Assembly (NCBI RefSeq): GCF_026210795.1
Contig: NC_089430.1
Location: 3,968,001-4,032,000 of the forward strand
Length of the DNA stretch: 64,000 nt
Origin: Rhizophagus irregularis
Taxonomy: Eukaryota
Reading direction: 5' to 3'
Position numbers and translations under genes: made by a program. Below are positions 27,493-42,192 of this stretch, in pieces. The notes below the pieces were generated by a model. The model was not told where the DNA came from. It searched no databases and worked only from the letters and a program-made list of their open reading frames with translations. How positions within the stretch are numbered: the stretch's first letter is position 1; each line of letters starts with the position of its first letter.

Positions 27493-30353
27493 TCACAATT
27501 CATTATCTTCTTCATCCCAAACAAAATCACCAGCAGCTTCACTTTCTTGATGTAATTTAGCTAATCCTGTTAATTCTTCAAGATATGTGGGTGAATCAAA
27601 AACACGTTTAAGAAATTCAAATCCATTTGTTTTATATTCTTCTGATATTTTATCAGAACAAGCTGTACACTTATCGTAGGCTTGCCCAACTATTAACATA
27701 TTATTAAAATTGGTTAAAAATCCACGTATTTGATGTGGTATAATACCTAAAGGAGTTGAGGTGCTAGTATCTGTTGAACCAGAAAGATCATTAATAGTAT
27801 CTGCTGGTGCCGCTGGTCTATTAATTAATAGAATGAAAAAAAAATTTTTTTTTGTAAACCAGTCATAAAAAGATTAAATTATACGAATAGAATTTACCCT
27901 TTTTCATGATGTAAAACAGAAACCATTAGTTCAACGGCATATGCACTAGCAATTGCAGATAATCCCGGCCGCGTCACCGTGCATTGCTGGTCAAGTGTAC
28001 GATCCTTAAGAGAATCAGTCGGTGCCACAATATCGTTACAAAAATAGCATCCCAGTTGCTTAATTTCTGGCATTTTGCTGCTAGAAACTCCTGTTGATTT
28101 CGAAGTGAAATCAAGATCTTTGACGCCATGCCTCATTACTACGTAAGTATCAAAACCCAATGCTGCATTTATGACAAGCTAATAAATAAAATATACTAGT
28201 AAATATTATATTATTTTATTAAAATCAAGTAGAATTGAATTATTTTAAAAACCTTTCGCATGCTTGCCCCCAACAAAGTAGGTAACCATCGACTTTCCCT
28301 GCTATCCATTAATAGAAAAATAACATCGTGTGAATCAATTAGTTGTGTTATCTTTTCAATATCACTACGAACTTGTGATTCTGAAATAACTGGATGTCCT
28401 GGCATAGGAATATTTATATGATGCCCTTCAGTTATCTAAATTTCAATATTGACTCAATATAGGTTTAAAAAAAATGTTTAGGGAAACACAAATTTATACA
28501 TACTGAGCCAGGATAAATTTTTTTTAAATTTTCAGCAGCGGTCTGTGCTTTAAACTTGCCTCCCTCGAGACTATCTTCAAAGAAGAATAATGGTTGTCGA
28601 ACAGGGTTGGAAAATGAGATACGTGCATTATCAACGAATGTTATATGACGAACACCCCATCCCTATATAAGATAAGAAGCCACGTAAATTAACATATTTT
28701 ATAATTTTAAAATATAAATAATCAAATAATCAACCTACCAAAAGACATCTTGCCACATAACAACCCAAAGTTCCGGCACCGAGTAATAAACATTTTGTTT
28801 CTCTAATTTTTTCCAGTTGTAGATTTGGTACAATCCTCCATCGCATTAATTTTAAGTTTAGGTCAACTGACGTGTCGGCCAACCTTATATATAGAATGTT
28901 AAAATCTCAATTCGATGTAATAGAGACTTATACGCGTTTCCTTACCTTACTGGATCCATAAGATGTGCTAGGTCAACAGAACGAGGAGCAAGTTTACCTT
29001 GAGAATTTTTTTCCCATCCTAAACCTTTTGGACACTCATCTTATGATTAATGAAAATTATTTAGCATCAACAGTGCTATTATAAAGATAATATAAATAAA
29101 TTTCCAAAAATCCAATACAGTACCAGAGATTGTGTCAGTTTCAGGTATTTCAACTGTCAATATACAAGTTTGTGATACATCCTTTTTGCCTGGAACCTCT
29201 CTGTAACATAATATTTTAATCTTATGTATATTCCAACGACGTTGCAAAAGTACTAAAAGATTACGCAATGGCCATCCGGGATTTGTAGGCAAGCTTGAAG
29301 GATCAGCAAATCCAACAATTCTCTAACATTATATACTATAAAAGTTAATTAGTTTCTCAATTGAAAAAAAAACATTGAATCGAGTCCTAAATTCACCTCA
29401 TCACTACCACAGCCTTCAAAGAATGTGTCAAATTCAGATAGGCTACCGATTATCATTTCTTTACTATTGGATCGTTTGACGAGGAAAAATCCAGCATTTG
29501 CACAAGACTGTTTTTGTCTAAAAAGATCATAATTTTCTCTGAAGCTTTCAATCTGATCAAGTTTTGAACATGTTAATTTATGTTGTTAATATATATGATA
29601 TTCTTAAATAATGATAAGACTAACATCGCTAGATATCCATAAATCCCTAATGCTTTTTATTTCGCCATTTTCGGAAACATGCCATGGTGGTTCGGTTATT
29701 AATGCAGGAAAACCAAACCAGTAATGATATTTATATTTTTTCAAATCTGCAAAGGTCACAAGAAGGAATCGGGTAAGGAGATACGGATTTTTTACCGCTT
29801 CTCCAGATTTAATATCCTGCCAAATCTAAATATTGGACAGAACAAAGTTGAGATGATGATTTTATTTCAGAATTTTAAAAAAACCGTTAAAGTATAAGTT
29901 CGAATTTATTTGAATTTACTTGTTCTGTGATCTCTTTAAATAAAGCAGCTTTGTCAAGAGCTTTAAAATCTTCAATTGTATTAGTATTTTTTATTTTTCC
30001 AATTGAAGGATAGGCGAAAGGTGGTAAGCTGTAAATTGAATATATATATATTACGCGAATTAACATATGAATTTCGATAAGTTCGCAGATTTTAGTTCTT
30101 ACCGTGAGAAAGAAGCGGAATTGGTGTCATCGAAAGCATCAATTCCAAGGCACAAACGAGCTGGCATGGAAATATTTGCTTCAGTGGCATGTTGTGAAGT
30201 TATAGTATGACCAGTAAAGTAATGTCCCAAAATATCATGTGAAGTATCATCTAATTTATACAAATCAATTTTTCGCGTTGATAAAGTGTGCCAGAATATG
30301 GCTTCAACAGCTGAGGAGTAAGCTACGAATTGTACAAGTGGACCAGAAGACAT
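27493..30353 (-). CDS. ATG7: E1-like autophagy activating enzyme Atg7, multi-exon
   Basis: [69 protein letters not shown]. Confidence 0.96.
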
Positions 30354-30519
30354 TTATTAAAAAAGTTATAGTTATTATATAATATATAATATACAAATGT
30401 TGAATAACGCGAGAGATTAAGATTACTGTGGCGCAGTTATTCATCTATTTCATCTCTTTTTAATTACGTAATCTTAAATGCGAAAGTGAAGTTTTTTTCT
30501 GACGCGGATCTATTTAATA

Positions 30520-31809
30520 ATGCGCAATATCGTTATTTTTGGAGGCTCGTCGCATACTGAATTAGCTGAACAAATAGCTTCTCGTTTAAATGTGCAACTT
30601 GGACGTGTAAAACTTTCAAAATTTTCAAATAAAGAAACAAATGTTGAGATCCATGAGAGTGTTAGAGAAAAGGACGTTTATATAATTCAATCTGGCTGTG
30701 GCCACGTCAATGACAATCTAATGGAACTATTGATTATGATATCGGCTTGTAAAATTGCATCAGCGGCAAAGGTTACTGCTGTGATACCTTGTTTTCCATA
30801 CGCGCGACAACCCGATGCTCCTTACAAGAAAAATGGTGAACTTTTGCCACGCATTCCAAAGGATGCTTTTATTGGTTATACCTATAATACACCAGATTCA
30901 ACTCCTGCAAACGAAGTGAAAAATCCATTTGGAGAGCAAAGCGCTAATGGTACTAGTTCGTCCGAAATATCTACTCGTAGCGCGGGCGGATATAAACATT
31001 GGATTGCTCGATCTGGAACACTTATAGCCAATCTTATAACGTGTGCAGGTTGTTACATGATAATGTAAATAATGTTGTTCTTTATAAAGAATAAAATATA
31101 AAATATTAATATACATACGGCTCATTTACTTTAGGAGCCGACCATATAATAACTATGGACCTTCATGATCCTCAATTTCAAGGGTTTTTCGATATACCGG
31201 TTGACAATCTTTACGGACAACCTTTGATGATTAAATATATTAAGGAAAACATTCCAAATTATCAGAATGCAGTAATTGTTTCTCCGGATGCTGGTGGTGC
31301 TAAAAGGTAGGATTTGCTTATTGGTGTTTTAACGATTGATTTATTTCTTAAAAATGTATTTGTTATTATTTAGAGCAACAGCAATTGCAGACAAACTTCA
31401 TATGGATTTTGCTTTGATTCATAAAGAACGTCGTTCTCAAATTAAGCCTCATAAAACTGATATGATGCTTGTTGGTGAGGTTAGAGACAAAGTGTGTGTT
31501 CTAATTGACGATATTGCAGATACATCTGATACAATAACCAAAGCCGCAAAGATTCTTAGTGAAAGCGGAGCAAAAAAGATTTGTGCCATTATCACTCATG
31601 GAATTATGAGTGGTGATGCTATTCAAAGAATTGTAACAAGTGAGATTGATCAAGTCATCGTAAGCGATAGTGTTCCACAAGTTGATCATTTAGCGCAATG
31701 TTCTAAGATGGGAGTTTTTAGTATTGCTCCAATGTTTGCAGAAGCAATTAGAAGAATACATAACGGTGAGAGCGTCAGTGCATTGTTCAGTCTTATGGAC
31801 TTGATATAA
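30520..31809 (+). CDS. ribose-phosphate pyrophosphokinase (PRPP synthetase) with internal insertion, 3 exons
   Basis: [64 protein letters not shown]. Confidence 0.95.
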
Positions 31810-32479
31810 TCAAGTGAAACGAACTTTTTTTATAATATATAATATTCACTACCGTGTATGATCTGGTTGCCATTTTAAAGAACAAAATGAGTTTTCTATT
31901 CTACATATAATACATGTAATGAGTTTTCGCGTAGATGATTTATTATTTATTCGCGAATTAATTAGTCATGTAATACCAGTCAATTAAAAGATTCATTGTT
32001 TAATATGGTTCTTTATAATTAATGTAATCAATGCCATTATATAATAAAATTTAAATACTGTCTTAATTATGACTGCTTCCGGTTCTTTTTTTTTTTTGTC
32101 ATTAAAGCTATACTCCGGAAATTTGCTCTCTAATTGTATCGCAATTTATTTTGTAAGCCTAAATTCACCCTCTCTAATAGCAATATAAATCTATCCTGAC
32201 AATTTAATAATTTTGTGTTACCTTGTGATAACGAATGAATCTTTCCTACTAATTTGTCTTACCAAAGCTGCCGCATAAATGTACATTAATTAACTTCCTT
32301 TTTTTAAAAAAAAATTTTTAATAATTTTCTGTCTCCGCTTATTTTACCAATCAATTTTTCCTACAAGAATTAACAAGATTTGTTAAAATCGATTTTCGAT
32401 TTAGTAAAGAAAGTACGTCTGTTAGTATCATATTTCTACCAACAATTGTAAATAGAATAGTGGTATATAAATAGTAAAT

Positions 32480-34196
32480 ATGGTAGAAACTAGCAACGAC
32501 TACTTGAACGCTAATACAATTGAACACTCTGCGGACGACACCTCCGTCCGCCCTATTCCACCAGACTCACCTGCTTATCCTTCCTCACTAGATACATCGG
32601 CACAAGATATTTCACTACCTGTCGACGTTCAACCACAAATGAATATTCCAAGAGGCGCATCTTTCGAGTCTTATCATGATAATCCGAGCATTACTTCTCT
32701 TCATTCATCAACCCCACTTTTATATACTTCGTTTGAAGGTCCCGATATTCGTGAAGATGAAGAGGATAAGTGTGGTTTAGAAGACGAAGATGATGGATGT
32801 CGTATGGATAGAACCTCTAAAAGATATGCTTCAAAATTATGGATTGCTATAGTAATTTCTCTTTTATTTTTTGTAATTGAACTTATCGGCGGTTTTATTG
32901 CTGGAAGCTTGGCTTTGTTAAGTGATTCTTTTCATTTGCTAAGCGGTAAGAGATCAACTAATTATTGTAGTTTTGTTGAATTTAATATTTGCATAATTAA
33001 GTTCTTTCCTTTTAAACAAATCAGATGTAGTTAGTTTCGCAATTTCACTCTTATCTATATATCTTGCGCGAAGACCAGCTACGAAATGTTTGTATAATCA
33101 ACAAATGGAACTAGCATATTTTATTTTTTTTTCGATTTCAAATTAATATCTGACCTATAATAATTCGGTCTAATTTATGACATTAGCACTTTCGTATGGT
33201 TACCATCGGGCAGAAATTCTAGGTGCTCTTGTATCAATTTTCTTGATTTGGGGCCTTACTGGCTATCTATGTTACGAAGCCTATGACCGTATACAACATC
33301 CAATAGATGTAGATGGAAAAACCATGTGCTTCGTAGCCTCAATAGGGGTTGCAGTAAATATTGTGTAATTAACATTTATAATTATATAAATTTTAACAAA
33401 AAAATATATTGACATCATATTATATTATAGGTTGATGCTTGTTTTAGGACATGATCATGATCATGGTCATGGTCATGGTGGACATAGTCATAGTCATGGG
33501 AGTGATCATGGAAATAGTAGTGTTAATGTTCGTGCAGCTTTGCTTCATGTATTGGGAGATTTCTTGTCTTCCTTGGGAGTTTTAATATCATCTATAGTTA
33601 TTATGTTGGATGATAGTAAGACTTGGGTCGATCCATTATGTACATTTTTTTTCTCAGCTCTTGTAATGGCCACTACATTTGGTATATTGAGAAGTGGTAT
33701 AAGAGTTTTGATGGAAGGTTTGTACCGTAAAAAAATATAATTTTTTATTTATTAAATATACGTTTTAACTTTTTCTCTAATCATAGCAACTCCGTCTCAT
33801 ATTGACGTACATTCTGTAAGAAAAGATTTAAAGGGAATTGAAGGAGTAAAGAATATACATGAATTGCACAGTAATTATCCCTAATTTTATGTCCTAATTT
33901 TTGTTTGATGGGAATCAATTTATTAATCTTAACCTTTTTCTAATAAAACGTTCAGTCTGGGATTTAACAGTTGGCCGAGTAAGAATTTACTTGTGAAGAG
34001 TCTTTAGTTTATTGCTTATCACTAAACTACAATTTTTTCTTTGTAGACAACTCTTACATGCCATTTGGTACTTAATCCATATGATCCAGATGTTTCAGCA
34101 GAGCCATTGGTTCCTGCAACAATTTTATCACAAGCCAGACGGATTTTAAAACAAAAATATGATATATCACATGTTACAATTCAAATTGATTCATAA
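32480..34196 (+). CDS. cation diffusion facilitator zinc transporter (ZnT/SLC30-like), multi-exon
   Basis: SLALLSDSFHLLSD, YGYHRAEILGAL, His-rich loop HDHDHGHGHGGHSHSH, NVRAALLHVLGD, IHELHIW, HVTIQI. Confidence 0.93.
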
Positions 34197-34479
34197 TGTT
34201 ATTAAATTTAAATATATATATATAATATATAAGGTAAGTTTCTGTTAGTTAATTTTTGTTTTCATTTATTTTTGTTAAAAAACAAGATTACATAAGAATA
34301 TAATATATAAAAATCACGTATTAAATAATAGCATATTTATAATGATGTTCTTTATATTCAGAGAAACATCCGATAAATATAACTTCTTTACCGTACTTTT
34401 CATCTTATTTTATATTATTCAAATTCATATACACAGCATTTCAATTTTTTTTTCTTTTACTGATTATTATTTATGTACA

Positions 34480-35802
34480 TTATAGTTTTTTTAAAAAAAT
34501 TTTCTCTTTTATAATATTAGCAACTACATCAATAAATTTTTCAATGGAAATAGGAGGAATTTGATAATGCAAAACTAATCTAGTAGTAGTAGAATTGTTA
34601 CCAGAAATAAGAATGTTGTGTGAAGCTAATCTATTAGCTAATTCTCTAGTCGTAATATTAATTGATTTAGTATCAATAAAAATCATATTAGTATGAACAG
34701 GAAGAGTAACATGAATACCTAGATTAAGTAATTCATTAGATAATGTTTTAGTTAACAAATGAGATTTTTTTAAATTATCTGGAAAATTGGAAATAATAGC
34801 ATATTTAGCGGCGGCAGCTAATGAACCACATTGTCTCCAACCACCCCCGAATAATTTTCTTAAATGTTTGGCAGTTTTAATAAATTCTTTATTACCTACT
34901 AGCACTGAACCAATTGGTGCACCAATACCTTTTGATAAACATATACTTATTGAGTCAAAATTTTCTGTAAACTTTTGTAAAGATAAGCCAGTTTCAGCAC
35001 ATGCATTCCATAATCTTGCTCCATCTAAATGCAATTTTATGTTCGTTTTTTTAGCTAATTTAGAAATTTTTTGAATTTCGTTAAGAGGAAAGAGTAAACC
35101 ATGTAATGTATTTTCTAAAGAGATTACACGAGTTGGTGCGTAATGATTATCATCTGTTGTAATTAATTCTGATTCAATTTCGGAACAGGTTAAGAATAAT
35201 TTGTTGGATGGTATTAGCGGTGTAACGGAAGCCCGAGAATGATATGCTATTCCTCCGGCTTCGTAATTATAAATATGGGATCTAAAGTCGCATAATACCG
35301 AATGTGGCGGTGTTGATAAATGTGCTCGAATTGCTATTTGGTTGGTCTTAAATGGTGGGAATAGAATATTTTCAGTTTATACTTAAATAATGATAAATTT
35401 TGAATGATTTTACCATTGTACCAGATGGTGCAAATAAAGCTGTTTCATGTCCTGTTAATTCCGCTATATAAGTTTCAAGTTCATAAGTAGATTCATCTTC
35501 CTAATAAAATTATTATTATTATTATTATAATTTCTTAAATTCTATAAGAACTTTATCCAAGAGTGGACATTTACATTATATACATCATCCCCTCGTGATG
35601 CATTACGCATAATATCAAACATTTCATCAGTCGGTTTAGTTACTGTATCACTCCGAAAATCATATATTTGATCCGAATTAGATTTGATTTTGATTTTGGA
35701 AGGAGAGGACGGGTACGTTGAATAAAATCGAAAAAAGTTAGAATGGAAGAGAGAAGAATAAAAAATGTTCGTTATATTTTTACGAAGAATTAAACGAGCC
35801 AT
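34480..35802 (-). CDS. GLY1: low-specificity L-threonine aldolase with putative mitochondrial presequence
   Basis: DFRSDTVTKPT, GDDVY, LENT, HLDGARLWNA, CLSKGIGAPIGS, GGGWRQ. Arg/Ser-rich N-terminus without acidic residues. Confidence 0.92.
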
Positions 35803-36260
35803 GCCTAAAGAATAGATTGAATAGATTAAAATCAGGAAAAATATATCTGAACGTGATTTACTGCGCCGATATCTTAGTATCAGATATCATTATATCTTCC
35901 AATATGATGAAATGATGATGGGCTATGATTTGAACGTGAATTTCATGACATAAAGTTTAACTCGTGCAATTCCTAATTTTAGTATAAACTAATATGTAAA
36001 TCTCCAATTAAAGTAAATTAAAGTTAATAGTTATCCCACGCTTTCAGTGTTAAGATACGCTTACTATAAAATAACTTCGAAAATCTAAAAACGCCTTTTC
36101 TTTCATTCTTTTCAATTCTTTTTATATACGCCCACGTACATTAATTTGTATCCATTTTAACTTTTTTGTATATCTATATCCCATTTTTTTTTATATATAA
36201 ATAGTTACGTTAAGCTTTAATTAAGAACAAACTCTTTTTCTTACTTTCCAATTAACTAAA

Positions 36261-39182
36261 ATGTCCCCTACAGAAATGATAAGTCAAGAAAATTATGAGC
36301 CTGGTATTTGTAAAATTGATCCTTGGTTAAAACCTTTTGCTCCCGCAATTAAACGCAGGTTTGTGTAAATTCATTTAATTCCTTGACTATAATTATATTT
36401 TAATTTAAAAAAAAAATATTTGAAATAGACTTGAATCATATAAAAAATGGGTAAAAGAAATCAACCAAAATGAAGGTGGTTATGATAAATTTTCGCGTGG
36501 ATACGAACGTTTTGGTCTCAATGTACTACCAAATGGCGATATTATATACCGCGAATGGGCACCTAATGCCGTTGCTGCAAGTTTGATTGGCGAATTTAGT
36601 GAGTCTATATTTAATTTAAGTACATAACAACATCCTATAGTAAGTTTAGTTTTGTTTCAGATGATTGGGATAGGTCTAAACATCCAATGAAGAAGGATTC
36701 TTTTGGTGTTTGGGAAGTTCATATCCCTGCCAAAAATGGTATTCCTACTATTCCTCACAATACTAAAATAAAAGTAAGTATATTGTATCCGATCATTCTC
36801 AATGAAATTTTGTTAAATAATCATCTTTCTATAAATAGATCTCCATGACTACACCAGAAGGCGAATGTATCGATCGTCTTCCAGCCTGGATAAAACGAGT
36901 TACACAAGATTTAAATGTAAGTCTTGCATATGATGCCATCTTTTGGAACCCACCTCAAAAATATCAATGGAAAAATAACTCCCCAAAAAAACCAACAAGT
37001 TTAAGAATTTATGAAGCCCATGGTACGTAGTTAACCTGCTACACTCATTCGTAAAACTTTTGGAATTTAACACACTTTTTGTTTTAGTGGGAATTTCTAC
37101 AAATGAAGGGCGTGTTGGAACTTATAATGAATTCACGGATAACGTGTTGAAGCGTATCAAAGACCTGGGTTATAATGCTATTCAATTGATGGCTATCATG
37201 GAACATGCATATTATGCATCCTTCGGATATCAAGTGACAAGTTTCTTTGGTGTATCCAGTCGTTACGGTAAACAATCATATATTAATAATCGACATTTAG
37301 CGCCTTCATAAATATTGACGACTCCTTTGATATCAGGTACGCCTGAAGAGTTGATGCGACTCATTGATACTGCCCATGGCATGGGTTTGTATGTGCTATT
37401 AGACGTTGTTCATTCTCATGCATGCAAGAACGTGCTAGATGGGTTGAACATGTTTGACGGGTCGGATCATTGTTACTTCCATGAAGGAGGAAAAGGCCGA
37501 CATGACCTTTGGGATAGGTAATAACCCGTTGGCTATTTTTCTAACTATTCTTACTATCTTTAAATTCTCAACAATACTTCATTTGATTTACTAGTCGATT
37601 GTTCAATTATGGTCATTGGGAGGTACTTCGATTTTTACTTTCAAATCTTCGCTTCTTTATGGAAGAATATAGATTTGATGGATTTAGATTTGATGGAGTC
37701 ACTAGTATGATGTATCATCATCATGGCATCGGGACGGGATTTTCCGGTGGTTATCACGAATATTTTGGCGATACTGTGGATGAAGGAGGAGTCGTTTATT
37801 TAATGTTGGTGAGTTGTATTTTCTTTCTTTTTTTTTAAAAAAAAAAATTTGCATTCTTGCAAGTTTATATTTTTTAATCAATATCTTAAATTTAATAGGC
37901 AAATGACATGCTTCACAAGCTTTATCCCCGTATAATTACAGTCTCAGAAGGTTAGAAAAATTTTTTCCCATTTAATAATTGATAGAAAAATATTAAATCG
38001 TAATTTTCCTCAGACGTATCTGGAATGCCTGGTCTCTGTCTACCAGTAGAAGAGGGAGGGATTGGCTTTGATTACCGATTAGCCATGGCCATTCCCGATA
38101 TGTGGATTAAATTATTGAAAGAACAACGTGATGATGATTGGGACATGGGTAATATTTGTTGGACATTGACTAACAGAAGACATATGGTACGCATTTAAAG
38201 AAGTTAATAACGCAGAATTTTGAAGTTTGTTAACGAATTTATTTGTATCGTGGAATGTTCATAGGAAAAAACTATTGCCTACGCTGAATCTCACGATCAA
38301 GCTCTTGTAGGCGACAAAACACTTGCCTTCTGGTTAATGGACAAGGAAATGTACACGCATATGTCGGACATGACTCCACTTACTCCAATCATTGATCGTG
38401 GTTTGGCCTTACATAAAATGATTCGGTATATATTATTGGTCCGATAATAAATCCTCCTAATATTTTTCTTTTTTTTTTCTTCTTTTTAAACAAAGTAATC
38501 TTCAATTATTAGATTGCTTACACATGGCCTTGGCGGTGAAGGTTATCTAAACTTTGAAGGAAATGAATTTGGACATCCGGAATGGTTGGACTTTCCCAGA
38601 GCTGGAAACAATAATTCGTTCCATTATGCTAGAAGACAATGGAATGTAGTAGACGATGATTTGTTAAGATATAAATATTTAAATGAGTTTGATAAAGCAA
38701 TGCAACATTTAGAGGAACAATATGGATGGTTAAGTTCGCCACAGGTAAATTAAGTTTATTATTTCCTTTTTTGATATGGGTGATTACTTACTTATACAAT
38801 TTCATTCTCGAAAAGGCATATATTTCTCTAAAACATAATGAAAATAAATTAGTAGCCTTTGAGAGAGGAAATTTACTTTGGATTTTTAATTTTCACCCAA
38901 CTCAATCTTTTGCTGATTATAAAATTGGAACTGAATGGGCGGGAAAATATTCGATTGCCCTTAATACTGATCGCAAGATATTTGGGGGTCATGATAGGAT
39001 TGATGAAAGTATATCATATCATTCACAACCACATGAATGGGACGGAAGAAAGAATTATATTCAGGTAAAGGCTTAATTGCTTATTCTCTTATTGATGTTA
39101 CAACACCTTAGCAATTAACATTGTTTGTTTATTACAGGTATATATTCCGTGTAGAGTTGCTCTCGTTTTGTCTCATTGTTAA
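36261..39182 (+). CDS. GLC3: 1,4-alpha-glucan (glycogen) branching enzyme, GH13, multi-exon
   Basis: [82 protein letters not shown]. Confidence 0.96.
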
Positions 39183-39495
39183 ATAATGAAATTTATGCGA
39201 TAGGATTATTTTTTGATGGGTTATGTTAAAACCTCTTAATCAAAAATTATTAAATTATTAAAATAAAACTTCAGAACATTTATTTAAGAATTTTGCTAAA
39301 TTTTTAAACCGGGGAATTCCCATCCTTTACTGTGAGACCTATAACCAGTGATATTAGCATTTTGCACCAAAAAAATTCTATTTTCACAATATTATCATCC
39401 CCTATTCCAATTGAGAAAAGATAAAACAATAGTAATATTCAAAAACTTACGTACGATTATTTTTTTTTGTCCAAAATTGAAAAAGTATTTATCAA

Positions 39496-40749
39496 TTATA
39501 AGAAAAATCGTCGTCTACTCGTTTCCAGATCCGGCTATTTAAAGAATCCATAATTAAAACAATTAAACATTAATATAAACAAATAAAATCCATTATGATA
39601 AATGCACACCTTAAACATCCATTCATATTCCCCATCTTTATCAAAGGCTCCTCTTTGTAACCATTTAAGTTTTAACGTAAATCTCGGACCAATTTCTTGT
39701 AACTCAGCTTTATCCTTACTCTTAAATACGTATCTAAATATGAAATACATTTTTTTTTTTAAAAAAAAAAATATTCTATAAATCATAGTTTTATTTCAAT
39801 AATATTACCTATGTCGCCTAAAAAATATGAAATCCCTTTGATTATGAAAAGTGGCAACCTGTCTTCCTTGAAATTCCGGTACATGAGGGAATAATGCTTG
39901 AAGCCACCTTCCAATTGTATGACCTAATCTCGTATTAAAATTGTTTAAAATAAGCTCAGGCTTATGACATGAAGATCTTCCATGGCCCTATAATAAATTA
40001 AAGTTAATATATTAATGCAAAGACGGTATTTACGAATTGATTATCATACTTGAATTTCGTGATTAAGCTTTATACTTGTTAATTTAAAGTATGCTGTAGG
40101 TCCATCTGGCAAATGTATCAAAGTAATAGCATCTAATCGAAAAATTGTTAAATTATTACGTTGTATTTCTTTTAAAAAAGAAAAGTTTCATTTGAAATAA
40201 TAGAATGCTTACATGGAACTTTCTTATCCTCGTTAACAACTAGGACATCTGTATAGTCTCTATTCGTACAAAATCCAATAATTTGTTTGATAGAAAATTT
40301 ACTTCCCCTTTTAACAAATTGACTATTTGGAAATATATCAATTAATTCAGAGGCAAATTCATATGTAAATTTTGACGGTCTTTTACTAGTAGTAATAAGC
40401 ATCTTTGGTGATATTCCTTTGAAATATGAAGAAAATTCATCTGACGCTTCGTCTTCAAATACTTCAGTATCTTCAGCATCTACTATTGTCTCATCAAATT
40501 CTCGTGTATTTTCAAGCGTTTTAGGAACATTCTTTGCTAAGCGTTCCTAAAAATCAAATTAAGATTAAAATGAAACTTTGTATATAGAGTTGAAAGGCAT
40601 ACCTCTTTTTTGGATGGATCTTCTGCTTCCTCTTTTCGCCTTTGAAGTCTAAGCTCCAATTTTCGGCGATTTTTCTCTTGTCGTTGTCTAGCATGGACTT
40701 CTTCTCTCTTAATTTTATTTTTAATTTGTGATGGAAGTATCGAATTCAT
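39496..40749 (-). CDS. RPF1: Brix-domain ribosome production factor 1, multi-exon
   Basis: [78 protein letters not shown]. Confidence 0.93.
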
Positions 40750-40879
40750 TTTTGTGATAAAAAAAAAATGCTGATCCGAAAGAATCAGATGTGCGACTGA
40801 CGTACGTACGGAAGATCGTTCAGATTTATGGATAGAATTTAATAGTGAATCTATTGCTATATATAAAATCGATAATATA

Positions 40880-41017
40880 GATAATGAGTGATATGATCTC
40901 CATTGTATATAAGGTATGGACGTATGGTACTAAAAATTGGTATGTATGGTCCTACTTTCATATTAAAATTCTTGACCATACCATACATACAACGAGGGTC
41001 ATATCATACTCATTATC
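40880..41017. repeat. foldback/MITE-like inverted repeat
   Basis: gataatgagtgatatgatctc...gtatgg versus ccatac...gagggtcatatcatactcattatc. Confidence 0.55.
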
Positions 41018-41225
41018 ATTGTACTGTATAAAATCGAAATAAATATGACTAGCAAAGAATATTTATTCTAAAATTTTTTAATTTTACCGAAAATTCAAAC
41101 GGATGTCTCTAGTGAGTTGTGCGTACCAACTAAAATATTACGTCATCAATGATAGTATTGCTAAATTTAGGTATAAATAACTTCTAATTATGGATGCTAA
41201 ATTAATTATTTTATTTCTTTCAAAT

Positions 41226-42026
41226 ATGTCTCATCCTGAATATAGACCTCCTGGTGAAAATGACGTAAGGTCACCTTGTCCTGCCCTTAACTGTTTGGCT
41301 AATCATGGTTTCCTGTAAGTTTATTATATAATTTTATATATACACACACATGGTAAATATTTTATTCTTTTTCTATAGTCCAAGAAGTGGAAAAGATTTC
41401 TCTATGTCCGAATTAATTGAAGCTCTTAATAAAGGTTTTAATACCAGCAGAGCTTTTGCTTCAGTACAAACGCTTGGCGCTTTTACTATGTACGGAAAAT
41501 TATTTCAAAAAATGTATGAAATTTTCTTATATTGATGAAAAATTATATTTTTCAATTACACTTAAATGATTAATTTTAAAACAGGTCTTTAAGTGATCTT
41601 CAAAGACATGGTATTCTCGAACACGACGCGTCTTTATCTCGTCAAGATGCCGCGATTGGCGATCATGTAAATGTCGATAAGACTTTAGTAGATTTATTAT
41701 TAACATATAAAGTTGGTGAAAAAATTAATATTGAATCACTCGCAAAACTACACCATGTACGATACACAGACTCCAAAGAACGTAATAAAGATTTTTATTA
41801 TGGTTGGAGGCAACAATCTTTGTCATTTGGTGAATCATCTTTATTATTGTGCGTTATTGGTGGAGCAACAAATAAAGAAGTTGATGCCAAAGTTGCTGAA
41901 ATTTTTTTTAAAGAAGAAAGACTTGCTGATGAATGGAAATCATCTGAGACACCTATTGGATTATTTGAAATACTTAATTACCAAAAAGAAATTGAGAAAA
42001 AAGCTGAAGAAGTAAGGCCAAAATAA
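41226..42026 (+). CDS. heme-thiolate peroxidase (chloroperoxidase/unspecific peroxygenase family), 3 exons
   Basis: DVRSPCPALNCLANHGFLPRSG (PCP proximal Cys motif) and LEHDASLSRQD (EHD motif). Confidence 0.9.
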
Positions 42027-42192
42027 AAATTTCTTCAGTTATACGTGCCTTATTACTTATAATATTTCTATATTTTATACTGAAAAATATATTAAAAATT
42101 ATATCCAAACGAATATTTTTATTTATAACTGCCACACTCCGAATTATCATTTTTACAACTTAATAAACAAATAAAGTTCTTAAGCCCATAAT

